The notes under the pieces: model-generated
Told to the model about the DNA's origin: nothing
Databases searched by the model: none
Seen by the model: only the letters and a program-made list of their open reading frames with translations
Shown here: piece after piece, positions 29,703 to 39,056 of the stretch
Layout: every line of letters begins with the position of its first letter
Position numbering within the stretch: position 1 is the stretch's first letter
Assembly (NCBI GenBank): GCA_016184115.1
Contig: JACPDH010000011.1
Location: 48,522-112,521, forward strand
DNA: 64,000 nucleotides
Direction of reading: 5' to 3'
Source: Acidobacteriota bacterium
GTDB lineage: Bacteria; Acidobacteriota; Thermoanaerobaculia; Gp7-AA8
Program-made: the position numbers and the translations under genes

Positions 29703-30533
29703 TCACTCCCCGGTGAGCATCTTGTAGAGGTCATTGCGGCTGAGGCCATAGCGAGCCGCCAACGCCTTGACTGCGTCGTTGCGGCGCATGCCGCCGTCAC
29801 GCAGGCGCTCGAGCTCCTCGCGCAGGCGGGCGACGGACGGAAGTTCTTCGCTCCTTCGCTCCGCCGCCGCGAGAACGAGCGTGATCTCTCCGCGCACGCT
29901 GTCGCGACGGCGAACCGTCTCGACGATCTCGCTGAGCCGTCCATGGATCAGTTCCTCGTGCATTTTGGTCAACTCGCGCGCGACGGTCGCCTCGACATCA
30001 CCGAGGATCTCGCGCGCCGATTCGAGCGACTCGACGAGACGCTGTGGCGACTCGAAGACGACCGCGGTCATCGACGACGAAGCGACGCGAGCCCAGAAAT
30101 CGCGTCGCTCGCCGTCGCGGTGAGGTGAGAACCCCCAAAAGGCGAACGGCGTGGGGGGAAGCCCGCTCGCGGCGAGCGCGAGCATCACCGCCGAGGCGCC
30201 GGGAATCGGAACGACGGCGAGCCGCTCGTCGCGCAGTCGTCGAAGGAGGGGATAGCCGGGATCGGAGACGATCGGCGTGCCGGCGTCGCTCACGAGTGCA
30301 ATCACATCTCCTGCACGAATCCGCTCGACGATCCGCGCCGCCTTCTCATCCTCGTTGTGCTCATGAAAGCTCTCGAGCGGTGTGTCGATCGAGTACGCGC
30401 GCAACAACGTCAGCGTCCGGCGCGTATCCTCCGCCAGCACGGTCGATGCCTCGCGGAGCGCATCAACTGCGCGCGGCGAAAGGTCTGCGAGGTTTCCCAC
30501 GGGCGTTGCGACGAGGTAGAGGCGGCCGCTCAC
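29703..30533 (-). CDS. rsmI: 16S rRNA C1402 2'-O-methyltransferase
   Basis: VATPVGNLAD, AEDTR, VSDAGTP.VSDPG, FESPQR, RELTKMHEE. Confidence 0.96.
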   Translation of the reverse strand: MSGRLYLVATPVGNLADLSPRAVDALREASTVLAEDTRRTLTLLRAYSIDTPLESFHEHNEDEKAARIVERIRAGDVIALVSDAGTPIVSDPGYPLLRRLRDERLAVVPIPGASAVMLALAASGLPPTPFAFWGFSPHRDGERRDFWARVASSSMTAVVFESPQRLVESLESAREILGDVEATVARELTKMHEELIHGRLSEIVETVRRRDSVRGEITLVLAAAERRSEELPSVARLREELERLRDGGMRRNDAVKALAARYGLSRNDLYKMLTGE

Positions 30534-31294
30534 GATCGCAGCTCCTCTCCTCGAGCGTTTTGGATTTGCCAGAGCAGGATCGCGGCCGCGGCACCGACGT
30601 TGAGAGACTCGACGGAACCGGCCATCTTCACGCCCACAGGAGTTGCGATCGATGACAATTCATCGGAGATGCCCCGCCCCTCGCTTCCGAGGATGAGCGC
30701 GAACCTGGGTGGAAGCTCCCTCGGAAGCGAGCCTCCGCCGGCGACGGCTGCAAAGAGCGGAAGCGAGCCTGCGCCCGCGAGTGAAGCGATTTCCGCTCGC
30801 GCGATGCGCGCAGTTGGAACGGTGAGCGCCGCACCAGTCGATGCGCGGATCGCCTTGGGTGAGAGGAGGTCGGCCGTTCCCTCGGTGGTCAGTACGCCCG
30901 CCGCACCGAATGCCGCGGCAAGGCGGACGATCGTTCCCGCGTTGCCGGGATCCTGGATTCCGTCGAGCACCACGAACGTGCCGTCGTTCTGAAGCACGAC
31001 ACCCGATGAGACTGTCGGGCGCGCGAAGAGCGCGATCAAGCCCTGCGATTCGACGGTCTCCGAGAGCGCACGGAAAAGCACCTGGCCGAACACGATGGCG
31101 CGAGGCACAACGGGCAGCGATGTGGCTGTCCCCTCACGGGCTGCGATGGCGATTGGACGCCATCCCGCGGCGATGCAGTCGTTGACGTGCTTGGGCCCTT
31201 CGACGGCGATCTCGTCACGATGGAGCTCGATCGCTTCCCGGAAGCGCTTGAACCAGGCGTTCGCGCGGCTCGTGATGACGAGTTCGTCGGGCAC
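30530..31294 (-). CDS. TrmH/SpoU family RNA methyltransferase
   Basis: GTG start VPDELVITSRAN; QDPGNAGTIVR, GSEGRG, ESLNVG. Confidence 0.92.
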   Translation of the reverse strand: MPDELVITSRANAWFKRFREAIELHRDEIAVEGPKHVNDCIAAGWRPIAIAAREGTATSLPVVPRAIVFGQVLFRALSETVESQGLIALFARPTVSSGVVLQNDGTFVVLDGIQDPGNAGTIVRLAAAFGAAGVLTTEGTADLLSPKAIRASTGAALTVPTARIARAEIASLAGAGSLPLFAAVAGGGSLPRELPPRFALILGSEGRGISDELSSIATPVGVKMAGSVESLNVGAAAAILLWQIQNARGEELRS

Positions 31295-31432
31295 GGCCCG
31301 TTTGTACCACAACCGATTGCGGTGAGGCGGCGAGGCTGCAAAAAATGAAGAGGCGGCAGCTTCAGCTTTCGCTCGGTTTCTGTAGAATGCACCGGTCCGC
31401 GGGGCGCCCCGGCTACGCGGTGGAGACCATTC

Positions 31433-32632
31433 ATGCCCGAATCCAATCGCATCCGCCTCGCCTCGAGATTGAGCCGCGTAAGTCCGTCGAAGACCTTTGC
31501 GGTTGCAGCCCTGGCGAGCGAGCTTCGCGCCCGAGGAGTCGACGTGATCGACTTTGGCCCCGGCGAGCCCGACTTCGGAACGCCTCTCGCAATTCGTGTG
31601 GCGGCCAAGCGAGCCATCGACGCCGGATACACCCGCTACACAAACGTCCCCGGCTGCGACGAGCTTCGCGACGCCATCGTTCGCAAATATGCGGACAAAT
31701 ATGGTCTTGCGCTGACGAAGCGCAACGTCGTCGCCGGGACGGGAGGCAAGCAGGAGCTCTTCAACGTTGCGTTCTGCATCCTCGATCCTGGCGACGAAGT
31801 CGTGATCCCCGCGCCTTACTGGGTGAGCTTTCCCGATCAGGTCGTGCTCGCGGGTGGGGAACCCGTCTTCGTGCAGACGACGATCGAGGATCGGTTCCGG
31901 CCTACGGCGGCGCTGATCGAAAGCGGGTTTTCGTCGCGAACACGGGCCGTGATTCTGAACTCTCCCTGCAATCCGAGCGGGGCGGTGGTGCAGGAAGCCG
32001 AGCTCCGGAAGATCGTCGAGCTTTGCGCCTCGCGTGGTGCACTGCTCATCTACGACGAGACGTACGAGTTCTTCGTCTACGATGGCCAGCGTCACGCGTC
32101 GGTCATGAGCTGGTTCGACGAGTATCCGTCGTCGATGGTAGCGATCGGCTCGCTCTCGAAGTCGTTCGCGATGACCGGATGGCGCCTCGGCTACGCGGTC
32201 GGGCATCCCGACTTGATCGCGGCGATGTCGAACCTCCAGAGCCATTCCACGTCCAACCCTTCGTCGATTTCACAGATGGCGGGGGTGGCGGCGCTTCAGG
32301 GCGATCCCGCCGACGTGCGCACCATGTACGAGGCGTACGTGGAACGGAGAAAGTGGCTCGTCCCTGCACTCAACGAGATTCCAGGCCTCGAGTGTGCTGT
32401 CCCCGACGGTGCGTTCTACGTGTTTCCTCGCGTGAAGTCGCTCTTCGGGAAGCGCGGAATCCGCGACTCGCAGGATGTTGCGACCTATCTCCTTGAAGCG
32501 GCGGCGGTCGCAGTGGTGCCAGGCAGCGCGTTCGGCCAGGATGATTACGTTCGCCTGAGCTACGCGACGAGCCTCGAGTCGATCAAGGAAGGCGTGCGCC
32601 GGATGCGCGAAGCGATCGAGGCTCTCGGGTGA
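31433..32632 (+). CDS. Class I/II PLP aminotransferase (aspartate aminotransferase-like)
   Basis: GEPDF, NSPCNPSG, DETY, SKSFAMTGWRLGY. Confidence 0.94.
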   Translation: MPESNRIRLASRLSRVSPSKTFAVAALASELRARGVDVIDFGPGEPDFGTPLAIRVAAKRAIDAGYTRYTNVPGCDELRDAIVRKYADKYGLALTKRNVVAGTGGKQELFNVAFCILDPGDEVVIPAPYWVSFPDQVVLAGGEPVFVQTTIEDRFRPTAALIESGFSSRTRAVILNSPCNPSGAVVQEAELRKIVELCASRGALLIYDETYEFFVYDGQRHASVMSWFDEYPSSMVAIGSLSKSFAMTGWRLGYAVGHPDLIAAMSNLQSHSTSNPSSISQMAGVAALQGDPADVRTMYEAYVERRKWLVPALNEIPGLECAVPDGAFYVFPRVKSLFGKRGIRDSQDVATYLLEAAAVAVVPGSAFGQDDYVRLSYATSLESIKEGVRRMREAIEALG

Positions 32633-32743
32633 GCGCGGCGCGCGTGTTGGAATCGCCCTGCCGCACTCCTGGGTTCTGAGCAGAGTTTGATGAAATGGCG
32701 GTCGAAGCCCCCGCAGGGGCGCGCCGCAAGAGGAGAGAATCGA

Positions 32744-33649
32744 GTGAAGAAGAACCTGTTCGCATTCGCATTGATCGCGCTCTGCTCCGTGAGCGCGGTT
32801 GCGCAGGAGAGCAAACCCGTTGCCGCGGCCGATCCCGTCGTGCTGCGCGTGGGGACGACTGAAGTGCGGCAGTCGGCGTTTGAGGCCGCGCTAGCCAGTC
32901 TTCCGGCCGAGTATCAGATGTACGTCGCCCAGCAGGGCAAGCGCGCGTTCGCAGACGACTACGTGCGGATGATGGTGCTCGCGCAGGACGCGGTCAGCCG
33001 GAAGCTCGACAAGGAGCCGAAGGTTGCCGCGCAGCTCGCGCTCGTTCGAGAGAACACGCTGGCAGCAGCGCTGGTCAAGTCGATCGAGGAGGCGACGGTT
33101 CCGACCGAGCCCGAAATCACCGCGCGCTACGAATCGAAGAAGGGCTCGCTTGAAACCGTCGACGCGAGGCACATCCTCGTTGCGTTCAAGGGAAGCCCTG
33201 CCGCGAAGCCAGAGAACGAGCTCACTGAGGAGCAGGCGAAGGCGAAGGCGGAATCGATCAAAGCGAAGCTCGCCGGCGGCGCCGATTTTGCCGAGCTCGC
33301 GAAGGCCGAGTCGGACGACACGTTCTCCGGCGCGCAGGGGGGGAGCCTCGGGGCATTCGGCCGCGGTCAGATGGTTCCCGAGTTCGAGACCGCAGCCTTC
33401 TCCAATGAAGTTGGAAAAGTAGGGGAGGTCGTGCGAACTCAGTTCGGGTTTCACGTCATCGAAGTCACACGGCGAGGAGCGCCGGCGCTCGACGAAGTGC
33501 GCTCCGACCTTACGGACGAGCTGCGTAACGAGCTGGTTCAGAAGAAGGTCGCCGAGCTGACGGGCAAAGTCAGCGTGACGATGGACGACGCTTATTTCGG
33601 TGCAGCGCCCGCGGCTGCGGCGCCCGCACAGCCGGCGAAGGTCGAGTAG
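32744..33649 (+). CDS. Secreted PpiC/parvulin peptidyl-prolyl isomerase
   Basis: Signal peptide; ARHILV, FAELAKAESDD, GGSLG, MVPEFE, TQFGFHVI. Confidence 0.93.
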   Translation: MKKNLFAFALIALCSVSAVAQESKPVAAADPVVLRVGTTEVRQSAFEAALASLPAEYQMYVAQQGKRAFADDYVRMMVLAQDAVSRKLDKEPKVAAQLALVRENTLAAALVKSIEEATVPTEPEITARYESKKGSLETVDARHILVAFKGSPAAKPENELTEEQAKAKAESIKAKLAGGADFAELAKAESDDTFSGAQGGSLGAFGRGQMVPEFETAAFSNEVGKVGEVVRTQFGFHVIEVTRRGAPALDEVRSDLTDELRNELVQKKVAELTGKVSVTMDDAYFGAAPAAAAPAQPAKVE

Positions 33650-33698
33650 CTCCCATTCTTGACGCGACGACGACGAAACCAATAATGTAGGGGCACAC

Positions 33699-33914
33699 AT
33701 GGAAATCCCTTCGATCGTCACCGTCTTCCACTCGAACGCGCAGTTCAACAACAAGCGTGGCACGCTCGTGGCGCTCAACGCGGACGGCTTCTACGAGATC
33801 AACCTCGATCTCGGTCAGCGCCGTCACACGGTGCTGTTCCCGATTGCCGAGACGGTTCTGATTTTCAATGAACCGCTCGTGGCGCCCGGCGGCGAGCTCG
33901 AAGTCGAACGCTGA
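33699..33914 (+). CDS. Small hypothetical protein (71 aa)
   Basis: Co-directional with neighbours, GC3-rich codons, beta-rich sequence. Confidence 0.75.
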   Translation: MEIPSIVTVFHSNAQFNNKRGTLVALNADGFYEINLDLGQRRHTVLFPIAETVLIFNEPLVAPGGELEVER

Positions 33915-33943
33915 CACAAGACCAAATCAGGAGAGATCCCCAA

Positions 33944-34348
33944 ATGCGAAAGTTCGCGATTCTGTCGTTCGTGTTGCTCATGTTTTCCGCTCCCGCCTTC
34001 GCCGCTGGATGTGAAGGCGAATCGCACGACGGCGACCACAAGGCCGGTTGCGCGATGGCCGAAGGCAAAACCTGCCCTATGAAGGGCAAGAAGGTCGTCG
34101 AGTCGTCGGACGTCGAGATGACAGGCAAGGTCGTCTGCATGCATTGCGACCTGCACAAAGAAGAGTCGTGCCGCAAGGTGTTTCAGTCGGAGAAGGATCA
34201 GGCGACCTTCGACATCTGCCCGATGAGCGACATGAAATCAGTTGAGGCGGCTGGAGAGAAGGCTCTCGTGGTCGTGACCGCAAAGCTCGTCAAGACCGAC
34301 GATGGTGCGATGGCGATCGAGATCAAGTCTGCGAAGAGCGCCTCGTAG
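33944..34348 (+). CDS. Secreted Cys/His/Met-rich protein, probably metal-binding
   Basis: AGGAG RBS, signal peptide ending AFA; CEGESHDGDH, CAM, CPM, CMHCDLH, C, ICPM. Confidence 0.8.
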   Translation: MRKFAILSFVLLMFSAPAFAAGCEGESHDGDHKAGCAMAEGKTCPMKGKKVVESSDVEMTGKVVCMHCDLHKEESCRKVFQSEKDQATFDICPMSDMKSVEAAGEKALVVVTAKLVKTDDGAMAIEIKSAKSAS

Positions 34349-34377
34349 CGCGTCGAATACGTACGCTCAATCACGAG

Positions 34378-34406
34378 ACGCCGGCGGGTCATCGCCGGCG
34401 TTTTTG
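34378..34406 (+). terminator. Rho-independent terminator
   Basis: ACGCCGGCG-GGTCAT-CGCCGGCGT followed by TTTT, between convergent genes. Confidence 0.8.
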
Positions 34407-34421
34407 CGTTCTCCCGCTCTT

Positions 34422-35198
34422 CTACTCCTCGCGCTTCTTGCCGAAGAAGAACGAGATGGCGATGCCAAGCGAGTAGAGCAGGATCATCGGGACGGCTAGC
34501 GCCGCCTGCGTGACCATGTCGGGTGTCGGCGTGATCACGGCAGCGATGATGAAAATCGCGACGACCGCGTACTTGAAGTTCCGCAGCAGAAACTGCGGCG
34601 TGACGATTCCGAGGCGCGAGAGAAAGAAGACGAGGATCGGCGTCTCGAAGACGAGCCCCATGGCGAGGATCATCTTGCTCGCGAACGAGAAGTAGTCGTC
34701 AACGGTGATGACCTGATTGAAGTCGCGTCCAATTTCGACGAAGAACTTGCAGGCCATCGGGAAGACGACGTCGTAGCCGAACCATCCGCCACCTACGAAG
34801 AAGAGAGTCGCAAAGAGAATGAAAGGGAGCGCGTAGTAACGCTCTTTCGGATAGAGCCCCGGCGCAATGAAAAGCCAGAGCTGCAGTAACACGACGGGCG
34901 ATGCGACGAAGATTGCGGAGAGGAACGCGACCTTCATGTAAAGCATGAAGGGAGACGTGATGCTCGTGTAGGCGAGCTTCTCTCCCGGCTGGAGAAACTG
35001 GAGGATCGGCCGCTCGAGGAACGCGAAGATCTCCGGCGCGTAGTTCCAGCAGACGAGGAATGCGACGAGAAGGGTGATCGTGGAGATGATGAGGCGGCGC
35101 CGAAGTTCGTCGAGATGCTCGAGGAATGACATCCTCGGCAGCGCATCGTCGTGCGCTTCCTGGCCCGCTTCCGCCGCGCTCGTCGCCTCGTCCACCAT
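34422..35198 (-). CDS. tatC: Twin-arginine translocase TatC
   Basis: MSFLEHLDELRRR, FIAPGLY..E, FETP, ITPTPD. Confidence 0.96.
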   Translation of the reverse strand: MVDEATSAAEAGQEAHDDALPRMSFLEHLDELRRRLIISTITLLVAFLVCWNYAPEIFAFLERPILQFLQPGEKLAYTSITSPFMLYMKVAFLSAIFVASPVVLLQLWLFIAPGLYPKERYYALPFILFATLFFVGGGWFGYDVVFPMACKFFVEIGRDFNQVITVDDYFSFASKMILAMGLVFETPILVFFLSRLGIVTPQFLLRNFKYAVVAIFIIAAVITPTPDMVTQAALAVPMILLYSLGIAISFFFGKKREE

Positions 35199-35200
35199 GC

Positions 35201-35434
35201 TTAGTCGCGATTCACGATCGGAGACTGAGGCGGTTCGGGCGGCTTGATCTGCTTGATCTCTTCGCGCGTGACTTCCTCTTCGAGGGTCGACTTCAGGTCG
35301 TGCGTAGCGCGGCGGAACTCGCCAAGCGCCTTGCCAATCGTGCGACCGATGTCGGGTAGCTTCCTCGGGCCGAATACGATCAGCGCGACGAGGAAAATCA
35401 TCATCAACTCAGGAAATCCAAGCGATCCGAACAT
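35201..35434 (-). CDS. tatA: Twin-arginine translocase TatA/TatB subunit
   Basis: MFGSLGFPEL...FGPRKLP..GKALGEFRRA. Confidence 0.9.
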   Translation of the reverse strand: MFGSLGFPELMMIFLVALIVFGPRKLPDIGRTIGKALGEFRRATHDLKSTLEEEVTREEIKQIKPPEPPQSPIVNRD

Positions 35435-35512
35435 GCGCTTTCCGGCGGGACTGTGCCCGATCTGTGAACAGGGTACTGCTCCCGAATACTCCATCACTAT
35501 AATGGCGTTCCG

Positions 35513-37177
35513 ATGAAAGACATGAGCGAAAAACTCCCGTTCTCCCGCTCCCGCGGTTGGTGGATCTCGATCGTCGTCGTCGTCGCTAGCGCGACGCTTT
35601 CGGGAGGCTTCTTCGGCGACCGTCTGCTCGGCTCTCCGAGCCGCGATGCGTTCGACAAGCGGCTCAAGGAGTACACCGAGCTCGTCTCCGCAGCTGAAGA
35701 GTGGGCTGCTGAAGATCCGGGCACTGACAAGCTCGTCTATTCGTCGATCGACGGGATGCTTTCGACGCTCGACCCACACAGCTCGTTCTTTCCTCCGAAG
35801 GACTACAGCGAAATGCAGCAGCGCCAGAAGGGCTCGTTTTACGGGCTCGGAATCCTGGTGACGAAGAGAAACGACCAGGTCACCGTCATCACCCCACTGG
35901 AAGGTACGCCGGCAGCACGGCTCGGCATACGCGCCGGTGACATCATTTCCGAGATCGAGGGCGAACAGACCGAAGGCATGCCTCTCGACGAGGTCGTAGG
36001 CAAGCTCAAGGGGCCGAAGGGTACGACCGTACGGATCAAGATCGTCCGTGTAGGCATCAGTGAGCCGATCCCCCTCTCGATCATTCGCGAGGCGATTCCG
36101 ACGAACTCGATCTCGAATGTCTTGATGGTCCGCAACGACGTCGGATACATCCGCATCAAGGACTTCACCTACACGACCGTGCGTGAGCTCGACGATGCGA
36201 TCGCTTCGCTGAAGGCGAAGGGGATGAAGCGTCTGATCCTCGATCTTCGGACGAATCCCGGCGGCCTGCTCGACGCCGCCGTCGGCGTGTCCGACCACTT
36301 TATCGACAAGGGACAGATGATCGTCTACACGAAGGGCCGCGCCGAAGAGCCGGAACAGGAGTATCGAGCTCCTGGCAAGGCGGAGCGCCTCGATGTGCCG
36401 CTCGTCGTTCTGATCAACAGAGGGAGCGCGTCGGCGAGTGAGATCGTCGCAGGCGCCATCCAGGATCACGATCGAGGGCTTGTCGTAGGCGAAACGAGCT
36501 GGGGCAAGGGCCTCGTTCAGAGCGTTTACTCGCTTCAGTACGGCGCGGGGCTTGCGCTCACGACCCAGAAGTACTACACGCCTTCGGGCCGCAACATCCA
36601 GCGCGATTACAGCTCGTTTTACGACTACTACATGGCTGAAGAGGCCGCGGAGCCGGGACAGAACGGCGACTCGACGAAGTTCGAGACTGACACGGGACGC
36701 CAGGTCTACTCGGGCGGTGGCATCACGCCCGACGTCGTTATTCGTCCGAGGCAGCTCTCTGCGACGGTTCAGATTCTCGAGGTTCGCGGTGCGTTCTTCG
36801 ACTTCGCGGTCGAGTACTTCGCGCGGCATCCCGAGCTTTCCCGCGATCTCACCGTGAGTCCCTCGATCGTCGAAGAGTTCGTTCAGCGGTCGGTGTCGAA
36901 GGACATCGTAAAGGCTGACCTTCTTCGAGAGGCGCTCGCAAAGGAAGAGGAGCGCGCGTACATCATCCGCACGTTGCGCGAGAACCTCGTCGCCGCCAAG
37001 TTCGGCGTCGACGCTGCCTATCCGATCCGCCTCGAAGGCGACGAGCAGGTGGCGAAAGCGATCGAACTGTTGCCCGAAGCGTCGAAGCTGGCGATCAAAT
37101 CCGCGAGCCTTCACGCGGGCGCAGGCAGTTCGGCGAAGAACAGCGAGCGCAAGCTCGAGGCCGTGAAAAACGACTGA
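35513..37177 (+). CDS. S41 carboxyl-terminal processing protease
   Basis: LDPHS, PDZ domain, DLRTNPGG, SASASEIVAG, GKGLVQ. Confidence 0.95.
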   Translation: MKDMSEKLPFSRSRGWWISIVVVVASATLSGGFFGDRLLGSPSRDAFDKRLKEYTELVSAAEEWAAEDPGTDKLVYSSIDGMLSTLDPHSSFFPPKDYSEMQQRQKGSFYGLGILVTKRNDQVTVITPLEGTPAARLGIRAGDIISEIEGEQTEGMPLDEVVGKLKGPKGTTVRIKIVRVGISEPIPLSIIREAIPTNSISNVLMVRNDVGYIRIKDFTYTTVRELDDAIASLKAKGMKRLILDLRTNPGGLLDAAVGVSDHFIDKGQMIVYTKGRAEEPEQEYRAPGKAERLDVPLVVLINRGSASASEIVAGAIQDHDRGLVVGETSWGKGLVQSVYSLQYGAGLALTTQKYYTPSGRNIQRDYSSFYDYYMAEEAAEPGQNGDSTKFETDTGRQVYSGGGITPDVVIRPRQLSATVQILEVRGAFFDFAVEYFARHPELSRDLTVSPSIVEEFVQRSVSKDIVKADLLREALAKEEERAYIIRTLRENLVAAKFGVDAAYPIRLEGDEQVAKAIELLPEASKLAIKSASLHAGAGSSAKNSERKLEAVKND

Positions 37178-37284
37178 CTGAGATGACCATCCGCATGCTC
37201 TCCCCGGGCCCGTCGGCGTTCGTTGACAGGCCGCAGGTCGGATGCTAAGGTTTCGCAGCTTTTTTCCGCACGCACGAGGAGAGC

Positions 37285-37584
37285 ATGCCGAATCTCGGAA
37301 CCAAGTACGTTTGCTATAGCTGTCAGACGAAGTTCTACGACCTGGGGCGCACGTCTGCCGTATGCCCGAAGTGTGGCTCCGATCAGAAGGACGCGGACGC
37401 TGCACCAGCGACCACCAGTACCCGGAGCCGTAAGGTCGTAGAGGAGTTCGAAGAGGAAGCCGAGGAGTTCGAGGAGCCGGCTGCCGCTGAGATCGAAGAC
37501 GAGGAAGAAGATCTCGCGGTCACGCCCGCGGCTGATGAGTCCGAGGCCGAAGAGGACGACGGCGATGAGGACGAAGAGTACTGA
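37285..37584 (+). CDS. FYDLN-acid domain protein (Zn ribbon with acidic tail)
   Basis: LGTKYVCYSCQTKFYDL...CPKCG followed by a D/E-rich tail. Confidence 0.9.
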   Translation: MPNLGTKYVCYSCQTKFYDLGRTSAVCPKCGSDQKDADAAPATTSTRSRKVVEEFEEEAEEFEEPAAAEIEDEEEDLAVTPAADESEAEEDDGDEDEEY

Positions 37585-37610
37585 TCGTTCAACCGGATCC
37601 GATCTCGAGG

Positions 37611-37641
37611 AGGCCGCGGAGTTTCCGCGGCCTTCGTGTTT
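37611..37641 (+). terminator. Probable terminator hairpin
   Basis: AGGCCGCGGA-GTT-TCCGCGGCCT then TCGTGTTT. Confidence 0.55.
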
Positions 37642-37660
37642 GCGGGGGAGTGAGCGGAGG

Positions 37661-38143
37661 CTGCCTGAGATTGTGGTGCTCGCGCTCGGTTCGAATCGTG
37701 GCGACCGCGAAGTCCATCTTCGCCGCGCCCTCAGCGAGCTCTCGCGATACATCAGCGTTGTGACGCTCAGCTCCACGTGGGAAACCGAGCCGGTGGACAG
37801 CCCCGTGGACGCGGCGCCGTTCCTCAACATCGTCATCGCCGGCTGGACGCGCCTCGAGCCGCTCGCACTGCTCGAGGCGATCGGGACGATCGAGCGAAAA
37901 GGCGGGAGGCGCAGGCTCCGCAGGAACGATCCCCGAACGATCGATATCGATATTCTCTTCGTTGGCGGCAGAGCCATCCGGCTCCCAGGGCTCGTCGTGC
38001 CTCATCCCCGTTTCCACGAGCGCAACTTCGTGCTCGAGCCGCTGCGCGAGATCGCCCGGACGTTTCCGATCCCTCCGTTCGCCGGAGAGCTGAGGAGCAT
38101 GGATGGGAAGGGTGCTGTAAGGCGGGCGGGGCGGCTTTATTGA
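37661..38143 (+). CDS. folK: 2-amino-4-hydroxy-6-hydroxymethyldihydropteridine diphosphokinase (start uncertain)
   Basis: LALGSNRG, FLN, PRTIDIDIL, VPHPR..ERNFVLEPL. Confidence 0.93.
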   Translation: MPEIVVLALGSNRGDREVHLRRALSELSRYISVVTLSSTWETEPVDSPVDAAPFLNIVIAGWTRLEPLALLEAIGTIERKGGRRRLRRNDPRTIDIDILFVGGRAIRLPGLVVPHPRFHERNFVLEPLREIARTFPIPPFAGELRSMDGKGAVRRAGRLY

Positions 38144-38976
38144 GCGCCGGCGCCGACGAAACCGCCGCCGAGTGCCGGTTCAGCGCGCACGATTCGCACG
38201 GAGCTCACAAGGTAGGGGTATGGATTGACGGCCTGGCTCTCGCGGTGAATCGCGAAGTGAAGATGATAGCCCGAGTTGCGCGCGTTGCCTGTCTTTCCGA
38301 CGTATCCGATCGTCTCGCCCGCGCGCACCTGTTTGCCTTCGTATAGCCCGGAGGCCCATTTGTCGAGGTGCGCATAGAAGAACGAGACTCCCGCATCGTT
38401 TACGAGCCAGATGCACTTTCCGGCTTTCGACTCGGTGCCGATGAAGCTGATCGTTCCCTCGGACACAGCGAAGATCGGAGTTCCTTTGGGCGCAAAGATG
38501 TCGATTCCGCGATGGCGCCGGCGTCCGCCGTCGCGCGGCGCTCCGAACGTGTTCACAAGATCATCGGGCAGCACGCCTGAGACGGGCATCTCGATTCGTG
38601 ACAGCAGCGAATCAGCCGAGGTCGAGTGAATCTCGATCTTCGGGCGTGGAGAATCGAGCGATGAGTCGCTCAACGAGGGGATGGACGGCTCCGAAGGGAG
38701 CTTCACGAGCACGATCGTGGCACGCGAAGCCTCCTCGCTGCGGCGCGAGTTCGCCGCCCAATCGCGGCGAAGCATCGCCTGCAACTCGGTGATGTCCTGA
38801 TCGATCTCGATGTACTCGAGCGGAAGAATGGCGCTGACGGGTCCGTCATCTGCGTCGGCTGGATCGGGTCGAAGGCTGCGGATCGCGCTCGAGGTCACGG
38901 CGCAGCCGCTCAGCATCGAGCCGAGTAGGCAAATCGCGACCGTTTCGAAAGCGTGTCTGGCTCGAATGCTCAACAT
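38137..38976 (-). CDS. M23 family peptidase, probable lipoprotein
   Basis: LSGC lipobox; HRGIDIFA, YAHL, HLHF. Confidence 0.9.
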   Translation of the reverse strand: MLSIRARHAFETVAICLLGSMLSGCAVTSSAIRSLRPDPADADDGPVSAILPLEYIEIDQDITELQAMLRRDWAANSRRSEEASRATIVLVKLPSEPSIPSLSDSSLDSPRPKIEIHSTSADSLLSRIEMPVSGVLPDDLVNTFGAPRDGGRRRHRGIDIFAPKGTPIFAVSEGTISFIGTESKAGKCIWLVNDAGVSFFYAHLDKWASGLYEGKQVRAGETIGYVGKTGNARNSGYHLHFAIHRESQAVNPYPYLVSSVRIVRAEPALGGGFVGAGAQ

Positions 38977-39056
38977 CCCCCCGGCACATGACGCCTGACC
39001 GAATATCCCCGCGAAAGTGTAAAGGGTGTGAGGGACTTTTGCAAAATCCGGACGGG

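Noticed and set aside
33944-34348. Cytochrome c or Tat substrate
   Set aside because: The motif is CMHCDLH, not CxxCH, and the signal peptide has no twin arginine despite the neighbouring tat genes.
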